A stretch of 64,000 nt of DNA from Antechinus flavipes (lineage: Eukaryota). The stretch lies in assembly GCF_016432865.1 (NCBI RefSeq), contig NC_067403.1, forward strand, positions 183,644,001 to 183,708,000, given 5' to 3'. A program made the translations under genes and the position numbers. Below, piece after piece: positions 24,860 to 37,479 of the stretch. Position 1 is the stretch's first letter, and every line of letters begins with the position of its first letter. The notes below the pieces were generated by a model. That model saw only the letters and a list, made by a program, of their open reading frames with translations. It was not told the DNA's origin and did not search any database.

Positions 24860-25340
24860 TTTGCTCCAATATTGAATATAAACTATGCAGATTTTGAAAA
24901 GCCTCAAAGACTTGGGCTTCAATGTGCTTAGTATTCTCAAACCTATCACTTAAACTTTTGTCAGCCTGTTTCCTCAACCATAAAATGAGGAGAGCTCTAT
25001 TGCTCAGTGTTGCTGTGAGGACCAAAGGAGATGACACATATAAATTGCTTTACCTTAGGATAATAATAATATTAATAATAATATCACATTATATAATGTT
25101 ACACAATACTTTAATTTGCATTGTGTTATAACACTATTATTATAGCATTTGTAGCTCTTCAAAGTTGGCAAAATACTTGACATATTACCTTCTTTGATCT
25201 CCCTAACACTGAATAGTAGGTGCTATTATCAGCCTTATTTTGCAAAATAACTTACCCAAGTTTACAGAAATGTTCAAGGCAGAACTTGAACCCAAGCTTT
25301 CCTGACTCCAGATACAACATTCTATCTGTCATACCACCTA
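24860..25340. mobile_element. Two MIR-family SINEs in opposite orientations, separated by an AT-rich spacer
   Basis: ctgtttcctcaaccataaaatgag (+); gaacttgaacccaagctttcctgactccag (-). Confidence 0.7.
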
Positions 25341-25967
25341 GCCCTGGCTTGGGGTTGGATAGTAAAGCTAGGATGAAAACTCAGATACTTTGACTCCAAA
25401 CATACACGTTTGTTGCCATCTTTTATTGCTTCAAAAGATACGATCACAATACACTAGCAACTCTGGCTAAGCTGAGACAATTTACATTTTTGACTATTCT
25501 CAAATAGTCATGCCTTGAAAGAACAAGCATGCATTCACAGCATGCACACAAACACACGGCAACTGCATCTGTGATCCCCTGTCTCTTGGACCGTACCCCA
25601 TACTAACTAACAAGGGCTATCTCATTTCACTGCTATCTGTAACATGGAAGTAGGTAGCATGTATACTGCCAGGGCTCGGGGGTCACAGAGAACTTAGCTG
25701 TTGATATGTTTCATGGAAATTAAGAAAAGAGAAATGTCAGATAAACCTTGCTCATGGATTTAAAAAAAAGGCCTCCACCTCTCTCAAACACACTCCTCCA
25801 CTGAGCTACAGACCTTTTGCCTCCTTGATATTGGAGATCTGCCTGGGAAATGGTAATAACTGGTACTATCTCCCTGAAAGAATCATCCCTCTCACACACC
25901 CAGAAAGACAACCCTGTGATCTGGTCCTCTGAAGCCTCAAGAATACTGGCTACACAAGCTGATACAG

Positions 25968-26170
25968 GCCAGTTCCAATAGTCTTGTGATGGAGAGAGCC
26001 ATCTGCACCCAGAGAGAGAACTGTGGGGACTGAGTGTGGATCACTTTTTTCCCCCACTTTTTTTTTTGTTACTGTTGTTTGCTTGCATTTTGTTTTCTTT
26101 CTCATTTATTTTTCCTTTTTTGATCTGATTTTTCTTGTGCAGCATGTTCATTATGGAAATATGTATAGAA
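25968..26170 (+). mobile_element. L1 3'UTR internal fragment
   Basis: cagttccaatagtcttgtgatggagagagccatctgcacccagagagagaactgtgggga. Confidence 0.85.
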
Positions 26171-26329
26171 AAGTCCTGAGAAGCCCAAGTAAGCTTAGAG
26201 ACAAACTCTCATCACCAGCAAGAGTGGCAATAGTGGGGCCTCTTTCCATCTGAATATCCCCAGACCTGAACACAGGGGTCAGCAGAGGGGATTAAAGAAC
26301 CGCTTCCTGATTCTAGAGTGGTATTTGTT

Positions 26330-26565
26330 CAGTCATTTCAATAGTGTTCAACTCTTCCTGACACTATTTGGGGTTTTCTTGAAAAAAGATACTGGAGTGG
26401 TTTGCCATTTCCTTTTCCAGGTCATTTTTATAGATGAGGAAATTGAGGCAAGGAGAGTTAAATGACTTGCCCAGTCTCTCACAGCTACTAAATATCAGAG
26501 GCCATATTTGAACTCAGTCTTCCTGACTCCAGGAAATCATCTACTGAAACACTTAGCTGCCCAAC
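26330..26565 (-). mobile_element. MAR1-type SINE
   Basis: ttcagtcatttcaatagtgttcaactcttc...gatactggagtggtttgccatttcc...cttagctgccc. Confidence 0.88.
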
Positions 26566-26814
26566 TGATAGGGAAAGGGACTATATTGTGAAATGTAGAA
26601 GAAAAGCAAAATATTTTAATAAACATATTTAAGAAATAAATGAAATATTTGTTTAAAAATACGTCTTAAATGAAATTGAAAAGTTGGTCCCTGGTGATGA
26701 CTTTTACTGCCAAATCAGGCTTACTGCAAAAACTGAATGATAACATACATAAAACCCTTAGGACAGTGCCTGGAATTTAGCTGGCATTTAATAATACTCA
26801 TTTCTTCCCTCAAA

Positions 26815-27150
26815 TGAAATCCAGCAAACATTTATTAAGCACCTCCTATATGCCAGGCACTGTGCTTAGGTTATACAAAGACAAACTGACCTCAAAAACT
26901 TACATTCTAGGAAGCTTATCTTGTAGACTCATTGAACGCCTACTTCATAAAATTCTACATGATTTTGATCTCCTCTGTTATCTACTCTTTGAAAATTTTC
27001 CATTCCATATAGCTGAGAATTTATCATTATTCAGTATGGACACAGAACTAATATAAAAAAAAAACCTATTTTTTATTTTTATTTTAAAGTGTTAAAAAGA
27101 AAAAAAAACTTACATTCTACTAGGAAAAGGGAAGGGAGGGGGAATATGCA
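26815..27150 (-). mobile_element. L2 extreme 3' end, interrupted by a 194-bp insert
   Basis: caaacatttattaagcacctcctatatgccaggcactgtgc...cttacattcta. Confidence 0.8.
26910..27103 (+). other. TSD-flanked, A-tailed insertion of unrecognised sequence (candidate retrocopy or transduced fragment)
   Basis: 16-bp direct repeat aaaaacttacattcta at 26894-26909 and 27104-27119; A-rich 3' end. Confidence 0.7.
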
Positions 27151-27679
27151 GGACCAGGGGATCATCTGAGTGAAGCCAGGTTCTCAAAGGCAAAAGCTAT
27201 ACTTCCACTTGTATCTGTGGTTTCAAAGAAAAGAAGAAACCAAGAAGCTTTGGGACAAGTTTCAACTGTCTTGAGCTTGGGCGGGTTGACCCAGAATATT
27301 CCAGCATAAAGCAGTCAACCCATATAGCAGAACATGTTAATCCCATGGCTTCATCAATGTCTCTCGAGGCACAGAAATGCAAATAAGGATCCTCTGGACT
27401 CTTCATATCCCATGGCCTGCCATAACTCAGAGCCATCTTTACCCACCAGTAATGTCCCCATCACCAAAAGAAGGAAGCTATATCTAATTTTAACGCAGAC
27501 TCCACTTAATCCTCCAATGGCCAATGTGAAAGTGTGACCCTCTTTCTCCATTCAGCCAACTCCAAAGGCTCCCTATCACCTCCAGGATCCTAAATAAAAC
27601 GCTATGATTCGCTTACAAAGCCCCTAACTTGAGGCCTCCTAGACTGGGGCCTTTCTATCTCCCCAGTCTTCTTCCCTTT

Positions 27680-28060
27680 ATCCTGCCCCCATATGTCATA
27701 ATCCAGGGACATCGACCCTGCCAGTAATTCATCCACAAGACCCTCCACCTCCGGACAGCATTTTCGCTGGCTGTCTTCCAAGGCTGGAATATTTATCTCC
27801 ACCTTTTGGCTTCTTTAAAGTCTCAGCTAAAATTCTACCTTCCATAGGAAGCCCCTCCCAGTACTCCTTAGTGCAAGGACCTTTCCCTGCAGATTTCACC
27901 AACTGATTTTTTCTTGATCTTGTTTACACGCAAGTATTTGCAAATTTTCTCTCCCATGAGACATTGAGTACCTTGAAAGAAGGGACTAATATTTGCTTTT
28001 CTATCCTCAAGGCTCAGCACAGTGCCTGGCACATAGTAGTGCTTAGTAAATGTTTATAGA
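27680..28060 (+). mobile_element. L2 3' end
   Basis: ggctgtcttccaaggctggaat...ggaagcccctccc...ggctcagcacagtgcctggcacatagtagtgcttagtaaatgttt. Confidence 0.85.
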
Positions 28061-28639
28061 TTTGATGAGCATTATAAATCAAAAAAGTACTGTATACACA
28101 GCTGCTCAACTGGAATTCTAAAAAGCTCAGGATTGACCCTGCCCTTCCCCTGCTCACCAACCTCCAGGGGCTCCCTATTGCTGCTAGGGCAACTAGACTC
28201 CCCTGTTTGGTATCAAGAGACTTAGACAAGCTAGTTCTAGCCTACCTTCCCCAGTCCTTCAGCACTCAGGTTCTTGTTATGGCTGGAAGGCTTTCACTCA
28301 TCACCTCCACCAGTTAGAATTTTTCTTTCAAGGCTCAACTCAAATGCCCTAACCCCCACTGCCATGGGACACTGAGGTTGCCACATTAGCCCTACCTCCA
28401 AATATTCCATATTTACATGCATGCAGAATATATGGCTCCAAGAGAGTGAAAACTCCAAGAAGGTAAGTGCCTCATCATTTGTCTGGATGTTCTAGCATTG
28501 ATAGCACTGAATAGATAGAGATATACTATGAATATCATGATTCTCTCCACTCTAACAGGTAGGGTGTGGAGGAGATTCCTAGGCTCTCAGAAACCTTGCC
28601 AGAGAAGTAGAAACAAGTGAACCGACTAATAAGCCTAGG

Positions 28640-28850
28640 TGGGGCAATGCATGAAACACTAGACCTGGGGCCAGAAAAACATTAGTTCAAATTATGCCTC
28701 ATACACTGACTAGCAGTGTGATTCTGGGCAGGTCATTTCATCCCTGCCATCCTCAGTTTCTCCATCTGTAAAATGGGAAATAATAACAAAACCTACCTCC
28801 AAAGATTGTTGTAAGAATCAGCTAAGATAATATTTGTAAATTCTAGCTAA
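28640..28850 (+). mobile_element. MIR-family SINE
   Basis: cctcagtttctccatctgtaaaatgggaaataataac...gattgttgtaagaatca. Confidence 0.8.
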
Positions 28851-31299
28851 GACTATAAATAATAAAATTATTGTCATTCTGAAGTGATAATATGAAGTAG
28901 AAATATGAAATAGATTTGGGAGAGCATAATGATTGATGAGGACATGAAACAATTATGACATAGGCATTTATCACAGGTAATGAAGATTTGCCATTTATTA
29001 TATTTTATTTTTTATATTATTATATAACATACAATAATATAATAAGTATAAACCCATTATCATGGATTTAACAATTATAACTAGGCAAGGCAGAATCATG
29101 ATGATTAAGTAGCGTGGTTCCATGTTCTAGAATCTTTAAAGTCTCAGAGAAAAGAAGGAGAGAGGACAGGGTCAAGGGGTAAGGGCAGTAATGTGAGAGG
29201 AGTTGGGGAGAGACCAGGGAGGAACCAAGTAGCTATGACCAGGTTGCAAAACTAATCTAAAAAATTTTTTAAAGATTTTTTTATTAAAAAAAAGACTCAT
29301 CTAAAGATTTACTAATTAAGAGAGTCTCAAAGGTTGGAGACAGAATGGGTAGAATGATTACCAATAGAGGCCAGGTGAGCTTATTAAGATCCAACTTCAT
29401 GTCATTAGATTGTTATCAAGACAGTCTGAGAAAATGGATGCGATTATGATTGATGATAAGAGTTCACATTATGACTACCTTAACTATGCTAATAAGACAG
29501 TCTGGGAAAGCTGACCTTTTTATGTGCAATTACGATTGATAATAGGAACAGGATAGGCTCATTTTAGCATTTCCTGAGAAGGGGACAGAATAAGCTGGTT
29601 TAGAGTTCTGTCCCAGGGCCGATTCGGGACTGCCAGGTAATGGATTTTTTCAGCCACGGACAGTTCACAAAGACCATCCAGGAAAGGCCTTAGGACTCCA
29701 TTAACACAGTCAGGACAGGCCACAGCATATTCCTTTTAACGAATAGCCAGTAGAGCTGGAAGCAAGCGTGGAGAATCAGGAGACGTTTTAATCTTTTTGG
29801 TAAATTGAAACAGGACATGACAAAATGTGTGAGTGTGTGCTTGTGTATGTCAGGGTGGAGAAAGGGGGCCTTTTCTGAGACAACAACAAAGTCCTCAGAG
29901 AGCAAATCTGCCTAGAAGACAGAGCCTAGGGTAAGGAGATATTTGTTCAGTTCCTAATTTGGTCAAGGTCCTAATTTTGGTCCTCTGTCCATCAATCTCT
30001 AGCCAGAGAACTTATTTAGACACAGCAGAGGTCATGTGATTCAATGTCCTCCTTTTCACAATGTAGCAACAAAATCTAGGAGTGATGTGACATATCTGCA
30101 CTCACATAGCATCAGCTTGAACCCCGAACACAGTCTCCTTCAGACTCTTAGACTGTGCTGTGATTCACACTGTCGGAAAGACACAGTAAAGGGGGGATCA
30201 CCCCATACCTCTGAAGCGCTCCAAGGAGGGGAGGCAGAAGAGAAAGAAATGTGATGAGTCCAAGTTAGTGCCGGCTCTAGAAAGTTGGCTGCGGAACCAA
30301 AACAGACTGTCAGTAAAAATGGCAACTCCCAGCCTCCTCCAGATTCCTCTGGGAAATCCCACTCACTGAAGCAATCTCACAAAGCCAGCTTTTCTGTCTC
30401 TTCTCTTCATTTGCCTCTATTTGTCTCTCTCTAACTCAGCCTGAGGAAGCACTGGGGGAACAAAGATACTAGAGAATGAGGAGCCCAGCTAAGGGTACTC
30501 GGAACACCTCGGGACATCATCCCAGCATACGTCGCCAAAGCAAACATCCCAGCCACCATTAGCCAGGGTGCCTTCAACCAGGAACTAGGCAGTCAGGCTA
30601 AGATTAGGACACGTGAGGGCAAAAATAAAGGACAAAGATATGATGGGAGTAGGGGAAATGCTTAAAACCATCATAAGCTCAACCTGGTCTAGCCATTTTA
30701 GAAAGCTCAGAACCAAGAACACGAGAGAAGGGACTGCCACTCTGTTGACTTAAGGGCTACTATGAGACTATAGAGGAAGATACATACCTCTGGTTAATAT
30801 GTCTAAAATAATCTCAAAATCCTATTTCCCAACATACAAACACATCTGCTTTTGGAGTATGTCAAATTAGACAAATGTAACTCATTAATGGCAGGCTCAA
30901 AATCTAAAAACTCAGATTTGAAATCAGTTATATTAAAAAAGCAAGGACATTAAAGGTTTTCCCTTACCCCATCACCACCCCCCAATAGGAAGCCTAAACA
31001 GAATTGTGGACACTCATAATCACATGTAACCATCCAGACTTGTTAGAGCAAGACCTATCAAATAATCTACTCTTTCCATGACAAGTTCCTTCCCCACTCT
31101 GTGCCTCTGTTTCCCTTCTGTAAGGGATTGGACTGAATTATCTATCTGTAATGGATCTACAGCCCTAAAGTCAATGAGTCTTCAATGAGAACCAATACCT
31201 TGTGACCAAAGAAGTAAAACAACATTTCTATTCCCAGCTCAGGCAGCAAATGACCACAAGGGGAGGTAACCTCTTATCCCCTTTTGGCCCACTATTTTT

Positions 31300-31850
31300 T
31301 TTTAATAATAGTTTTTTATTTTCAAAATACATGCAAAGATAGTTTTTAAGATTCATCCTTGCAAAACTTTGTGTTCTAAATTTTTGTCCCTCTCACCTTG
31401 TCCCCTGGACAGCAAGTAATACAATATCTATTAAACATGTGCAATTCATCTATACATATTTCCATACTTATCATACAGCACAAGAAAAATCAGATCAAAA
31501 AGGAAAAAAACGAAAACAAAAAAAAAGCAAGCAAACAACAACAACAAAGGTGAAAATACTATGCTTTGATTCACACTCAGTTCCCACAGTCCTCTCTCTG
31601 GATGCAGATGGCTCTCTCATTCACAAATTTACTGGAATTGGTCCAAAGCACCTCTTTGTTGAAGAGCCATGTCCATCAGAGTTGATTATCACATAATCTT
31701 GTTGCTGTGCACAATGTTCTCTTGGTTCTGTTCATTTCACTCAGCATCAGTTCATGTAAGTTTCTCCAGGCCTTTCTGAAATCATCCTGCTGGTTGTTTC
31801 TTATAGAACTTATTCACCCCAACTAATGGGCATCCACTCAGCTTTCAGTT
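31300..31850 (-). mobile_element. 5'-truncated L1 with degenerate ~20-bp TSD
   Basis: T tract, then ttttcaaaatacatgcaaagatag... TSD-like ccttttggcccactattttt (from 31280) and ccttttggccccccattttt (from 31851). Confidence 0.92.
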
Positions 31851-32089
31851 CCTTTTGGCCCCCCATTTTTCTGACCATTGAAGCAAGGAGATTCAGCTCT
31901 GGGAGACTAAAAGCCCAGGTAGACTTAGCCTAAAAAAGTTCAGAGACATTCAGGAGCTCTGAGATTCAGTCAAAGTGACAGCAAAATGACTGATTCTAAT
32001 TTTTATCCTATTCTTTAAAGTGACAGCCCGAAAGCTATAGCATGCTGGGTAGATTCACTGCTACAAATTTATTTATTTATTTATTTAGA

Positions 32090-32238
32090 TTTTTTTCTGT
32101 AGTCTTTTTTATTCTTTCTTTTAAAAAAAAATAATTATAACTTTTTATTGACAGAACCCATGCCTGGGTAATTTTTTACAACATCATCCCTTGCACTCAC
32201 TTCTGTTCCGATTTTTCCCCTTCCCCAGATGGCAAGCA
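32090..32238 (-). mobile_element. Young L1 extreme 3' end
   Basis: ataattataactttttattgacagaacccatgcctgggtaattttttacaac, the antisense of the young L1 tail. Confidence 0.85.
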
Positions 32239-32279
32239 ACTGCTGTATATTTATGGAGGACACGGACAAGATTCCCATG

Positions 32280-32755
32280 CAGTGGATATGTTGGTAAATG
32301 TTTAACAACCAGCTCTCCAAAGGAAAAAATGTGCCTGTAACTCACTTTGAAGGTTAATTAACATTTTCACCATCACTTTCTTAAGTCTAAACAATCAACA
32401 AAACAATAAACAAAAGTACTAATATGTGTCATTCAGTTGTTTTAGTCATATCCTACTCTTTGTCACCCCATTTTGAGGTTTCCTTGGCAAAGATACAGGC
32501 GTAGTTTACCATTTCCATCTCCAGCTCATTTTTACAGACAAACATGGTTAAATGATTTGCTCAGGGTCACATAGTTAGTGAGTGTCTAAGGCTGAATTTG
32601 AACTCAGGAAGAAGAATCTTCCTGATTCAAAGCCCAGTGTTCTATCCACTTCACCACTGAACTGCTCCCAATATGAAGCACTTGCCCATTTCTGAGGAGT
32701 CAAAGTTCACCCTGAACATTTAAATAATCAGCTCACTCTTTGAGCGGGCTCACAG
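32280..32755 (+). mobile_element. hAT-Tip100 (Arthur1-like) DNA transposon relic, split by a SINE
   Basis: Left end cagtggatatgttggtaaatgtttaacaaccagctct; right end gaacatttaaataatcagctc...gagcgggctc. Confidence 0.7.
32427..32669 (-). mobile_element. MAR1-type SINE nested in the hAT element
   Basis: MAR1 motifs, flanked by aatatg at 32421-32426 and 32670-32675. Confidence 0.88.
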
Positions 32756-33059
32756 GGGACAGACAGGCAGAGATGGGCTGCCATCTATACCACTGAATAT
32801 TAGCAGAATATTAGCATAAATAAAATCACAAAGCACTGGAATATATGAAGGCTTAAGTCACTTATTTTTTCATGGCAAAAAGGAAACTTGTCAGGGAAGA
32901 AAGAAGCTGATGCCAATGAACTGCTGTTAGCATCTCCAGGAGATGCTCATCACCACTAAAGAAGGAACAAAATCCCCAGCAGCCAGCAGCCCCCCACCTC
33001 CTTGGATGACTCTTCTACAAAATGCTCCCCATTCTCAGTAGGAGAATCAAGTCAATAAT

Positions 33060-33400
33060 GAGAAGACACAGAGCTACACAGGGTCTCAGCAAGGTTCCAG
33101 GCCAACTCCTTCATTTGGAAAATGGGGAAACTGAGCTCCAGAGAGGGGCAGGGACATACGTGTGGTCACACAAGTAAATAAGGGCCACCTGTCTTGCTCA
33201 TCAATAATACAGCCCCCAAGCATCTCAATAAAACCATCATATATTTATTCAACATCTCTTATGTATGAGGAGAAAGGCAGCCTGAGTACAGTAGACAGAG
33301 AGAGCTAGATTCAAGAAGACTTGAATTCAAGTGCTAGCAATGTCACATATTGTCTGTATGACTCCGGGCAAGTCACTTCCCCCCAGTCAATTCTCTTAAG
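33060..33400. mobile_element. MIR-family fragments
   Basis: aaatggggaaactgagctccagagaggggcaggga; gacttgaattcaagtgc...ccgggcaagtcacttc. Confidence 0.7.
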
Positions 33401-33529
33401 ACATTAAATGTGGAAACAGCTACTAAATTAAAATAAACTAAATTAAATTTGGAAGCTACTAGTGGTGTACACTAGTCTTCCATTTTCTCAACACAAGTTC
33501 TGTAACTGCTAACAAACTCACACGTCTGA

Positions 33530-34480
33530 TGCTAAGAGCTAGGAATACAAGGCAAAACTGAAACTGGCCCTGCCAGGAGTTCATACTCTACTTAGCCAGA
33601 CGTGATGACTCTTTGTCTCTTGAGCATAATCTTGTGATTATCCATCTCTGCCTTTCCTTGTGTTTTTGCCCTTTTGCTTTTTCTTTCCTGCCTGTTACAC
33701 TTCTACCTGCCTCTTAATGTCCAGTTCAGATGCTACTTTCCCCATGAAAGCTGTTCTGATCTTCCAAAAGTAACAATCAAATTCCTCAGAGTTCACTGAG
33801 CATCCTTTTTGGTGTTTCTTAATGCACATGTGTGAGATACGGTAAGTAAATACAAAGTGATATCCAGATGAAGAATGTGCTAGTAACTGAGGGAACTGGG
33901 AAGGGGAATCGGGAAGGAGCACCTGAGCTGTGCTCTGAAGAAATCAAAGGTAGAAGTGAGCACAACAATGTGCCATAGATGTGGGGGACCATGCATGCAA
34001 AAGCTTGGAGGTGGGGATGGAATATTGTGAATGAACACATAACACATCAATTAGACTGGAATGAAAATCATCTAAATGTGATGAAAGAAAACTAGAAACA
34101 TCAGTGAAAGCCAGATTGTAAAGGACTTTCCATTCTAGACTGAAGATTTGCATTCTATCCTAGAAGCAAGAAGATGCCATTAAAGATTTGTGAAGGGAAA
34201 GAGGGAGATAGAGACAGAGGGACAGAGAGAGAGAGACAGAGAATGAATATGTGTGTATATCTGTGTGTGTGTGTGCATGTAGTCAGATCAGTGTTCTAGG
34301 AATAGTTATCAATTTAGGAGAGACTAGAAAAGGAAGAAAATGGAGGCAAGGAAGCCATTGCCAAAGTCCAGGTGAGAGGAAAGAAGAGGAAAGTCAGAGA
34401 TAGTTTAGTAGCAGAAACAATAGGACTTGGCAACTGATTGGATATGGGGAGGAAGTCAGAAAGAGGACTCTGGGGACCAT
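33530..34480 (-). mobile_element. L2 3' region carrying an inverted insert at 33604-33833
   Basis: gatgctaagagctaggaatacaa...ccctgccaggagttcatactcta, resuming gtaagtaaatacaaag...gagcacctgagctgtgctctgaag. Confidence 0.75.
33604..33833. repeat. Left arm of an inverted duplication (partner 35864-36105)
   Basis: The reverse complement aligns to 35864-36105; 13 mismatches and no gaps over the ~133-nt core by manual alignment. Confidence 0.92.
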
Positions 34481-35273
34481 GGTGTCGTCAGCAGAAATTG
34501 GGAAAATTAAGTGAAAGGCAAGATAATAGATTCTGTTTAGATCTTTCTCACTTCTGATATGTGTATTTTGGGGCAAGCCATTTCCTCTCCTCAAACCTGT
34601 TTCCTCACTTGTAAAATGAGGGTGAATTGCTAATTAATTGATGAAATAAAGGAATGGGAGGAAGTATAAGGAGGTCATTCTTGGGGAGAGAGAGGGGGCA
34701 GGCACACCCAGTGCCTTGGATACTCATCAGGAAAAACCACAATGACAGCAAGCAGGGAGTAAAGCAATCACACTTTAATAAACAGAGAACACAGAGACAA
34801 ACAGTGTGTCGGGGAAGAGAAGGGGAAAAGTTAGATAGATGGTTTAAAGATAGGGATATAATGGTGGAAGGAGGCCAGCAGGGAAAAAACAGAGACGGAG
34901 AAGGGCACAGAGAGTCACTTACATAACTATGGATTAACGTTAGGATCATTCAAGCAGCACAGTCTGTGGCAGAGTTTGGGCTCTCATTTTGTAGGGTTTT
35001 TGTAGGAAACAGACTAATTCTTACCCATGCTTTGGGTTTGTTCAGTAACATATCCATATCATTTCTATCCATTGGTGTTCTACCGGTCTTACTATGAATG
35101 TCTGGAGCTTATCGGAGGATTATAGACAATAGGACTAAATGAATTCCTTGATTTAGCATATAGTCTCAGAACCTGGATTTTAGTTAATTTATGAAGCAAT
35201 TTACAAGTAACCATTATGGTGATTTCTTAGCAATCAATCTTACTTTGCAATCAGTCTTGCTTCCTAATATATT

Positions 35274-35280
<7 letters not shown>

Positions 35281-35312
<32 letters not shown>
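35281..35312. repeat. (CA)16 microsatellite
   Basis: Perfect dinucleotide run. Confidence 0.98.
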
Positions 35313-35314
<2 letters not shown>

Positions 35315-35714
35315 TGTACTGTCTACAATAACTAGACAGAGGGGAAGGGTCAGGGAGGGGGACCAGAACAAGGTGCATGTTTAACATAGAGAAAGTTAGA
35401 CTAAATAAATCTAGACTTCTATGCTAAGTTTAAGATCCTAATAAAATGTCAAGATAGACATGGGCCAGCAGTAGTTGGGTGACTTCAGACTGAAGCTCAG
35501 GGGTGACTGGGGCTGGATATGTAAATCTGGAAATCCTTTATAGAGAATGATAGTTGAACCGTTCAGAGTTGATGAGTTCGCTAAGTGAGACTGCAGAGAA
35601 AAAAAGGAAAAGATCCAGGAGAGAAACCCCACTTTCTTCTGCAAAAATTCCATTAACATCGACTCACAAGTTACACCAAAGACAAAGACGAGTTATTCAT
35701 TTATGTCATGTGTA

Positions 35715-36610
35715 TCAAGAAAACAAGCATTTATTAACTACCTTCTATGTGCAGAGCATTACATTTAATGCAAGGGGAAGGGAGACAAGATTTAGAAAAG
35801 ACCCAATCCTCACCATCTATCAGAGGAGAAAGACATAAAGAGAATTGTGGAACTGAAAATTATACACATGTGCATTAGGAAACACCAAACAGGATGCTCA
35901 GTGAACTCTCAGGCATTTGGTTGTTACTTATGGGAGATCAGAACAGATTTCATGGAGAAGGTAGCATCTGAACTGGACATTAAGAAGCTGGCAGAAGCAG
36001 AACAGGCAAGAAAGAAAAAAGACAGTGTTCAAAGAAAGAGAAAAAAAAAATAAGGAACGGCAGAGGTAGATAATCACAAGATATGTTCAAGAGACAAGAG
36101 TTATCATATCTAGTTAATTGTAAAGCAATATAATGAGAGAATATCATAAAGTTAGAGGAAGGCTCATAGATCTCGTGTTGGGGAGAGACTACTGTGTTCA
36201 GCAGATGGTAAAGGGCTTGAATTTCAGGAAATGAATAGGTAGAACTTTAATTGATAGGCAATGGGGCAGCACTAAATGTTTCTGAATAGAAGAGACATGA
36301 TCACCTATAAACATAAGGAAGCTATATCCAATGAGAGAATGAGGGAGGAAGTGGAGGGGGAGAGAAGGAAAGGTAGATGTCCTGTACAGAAGCTGCTGTA
36401 ATGGTTCAGGAGGTAATGAATGAGGCCCTGAAGGGCAACAATTATCCTGGAAAGATTGGAGGTATGGATGTGAGTGCCATCACACTAGAAGGGCCCAAAA
36501 ATTGATTGGACAAGAAAAGCTGCAAGATAGAAGGGTCAAGAGTCACCCTAATGTTTTCCAAGTAAGAGATTGGGTGACTTGGGTGTAAAGAAAGAAGGTA
36601 TGTGGGGAAG
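35715..36610 (-). mobile_element. L2 3' region, source of the inverted duplicate
   Basis: aacaagcatttattaactaccttctatgtgc...gggagatcagaacagatttcatggagaaggtagcatctgaactggac. Confidence 0.8.
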
Positions 36611-36777
36611 GGGGAAAGTTTATCTTGAATTGGTGGGGCCTTGTGCATCAGAAACTTGAAAACACATGGTCGTAACAAACAACTGAAGGCACTCAACAGC
36701 TGGAGAAGAGTTGAAGTTAAAGAATGCCACAGGAATTAAACAGAATAACACAGTGTTTTAAGAAATGACCAATGGGA

Positions 36778-37189
36778 TGGTTCTCTTCAACACTGAGATG
36801 ATTCAAACCAGTTCCATTTATGCAGTGATGAAGAAAGCCATCTACACCCATAGAGAGAACCATGAGAACAGAGTGGGGAACACAACAAAGCATTTTCACT
36901 CTCTCTGTTGTTATTTGCTTGCATTTTTCTTTCTCAGTTTTTCTTTTTCTTTCTTCTTGATTGGATTTTTCTTGTGCAACAAGATAGCTGTATAAATATG
37001 TATACATATATTGGATCTAAAGTATATTTCAACATATTTAACATGTATTAGACTACCTGCCAGCTAGGGGTGGGGGTGGGGGGAAGGAGGGGAAAATTTG
37101 GAACAAAAAGTTACGCAAGGGTCAATGTTGGAAAAATTACCCATACATATGTTTTGTAAATAAAAAGCTTTAATTTAAAAAAAAAGAAG
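36778..37189 (+). mobile_element. Young 5'-truncated L1 with perfect 18-bp TSD
   Basis: TSD aagaaatgaccaatggga at 36760-36777 and 37190-37207, preceded by tttt (TTTT/AA endonuclease site); poly(A) present. Confidence 0.95.
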
Positions 37190-37479
37190 AAGAAATGACC
37201 AATGGGAGGAAAGCAAGTTGTCCACAAACTACAGAGATCTAAATAAAGCCAACTCTGAAAGGCAAGGAAGCTTGGTTGTGTGACATACCAGAATCCGTAC
37301 TGCTGCCATACCATCGTTAAAAGACATGTCCTTTCAGTAAGGATCAATGAGAAACAGAAATGAGAATGACACATGCACCATCTGTCCCAATCATGCCCTC
37401 GGGCAGTTGCACAGAACTGTTTTCAGGGAACAGATTTCATAGGGAGTGAACCTGGGTGTTTACAGCAAAGTGTCTGCTG

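Noticed and set aside
30367-30440. - strand exon candidate with good acceptor (cttcctcag|) and donor (|gtgagt)
   Set aside because: On recount it is 74 nt with early stops in all three frames, so it cannot be a coding exon, and nothing else supports it.
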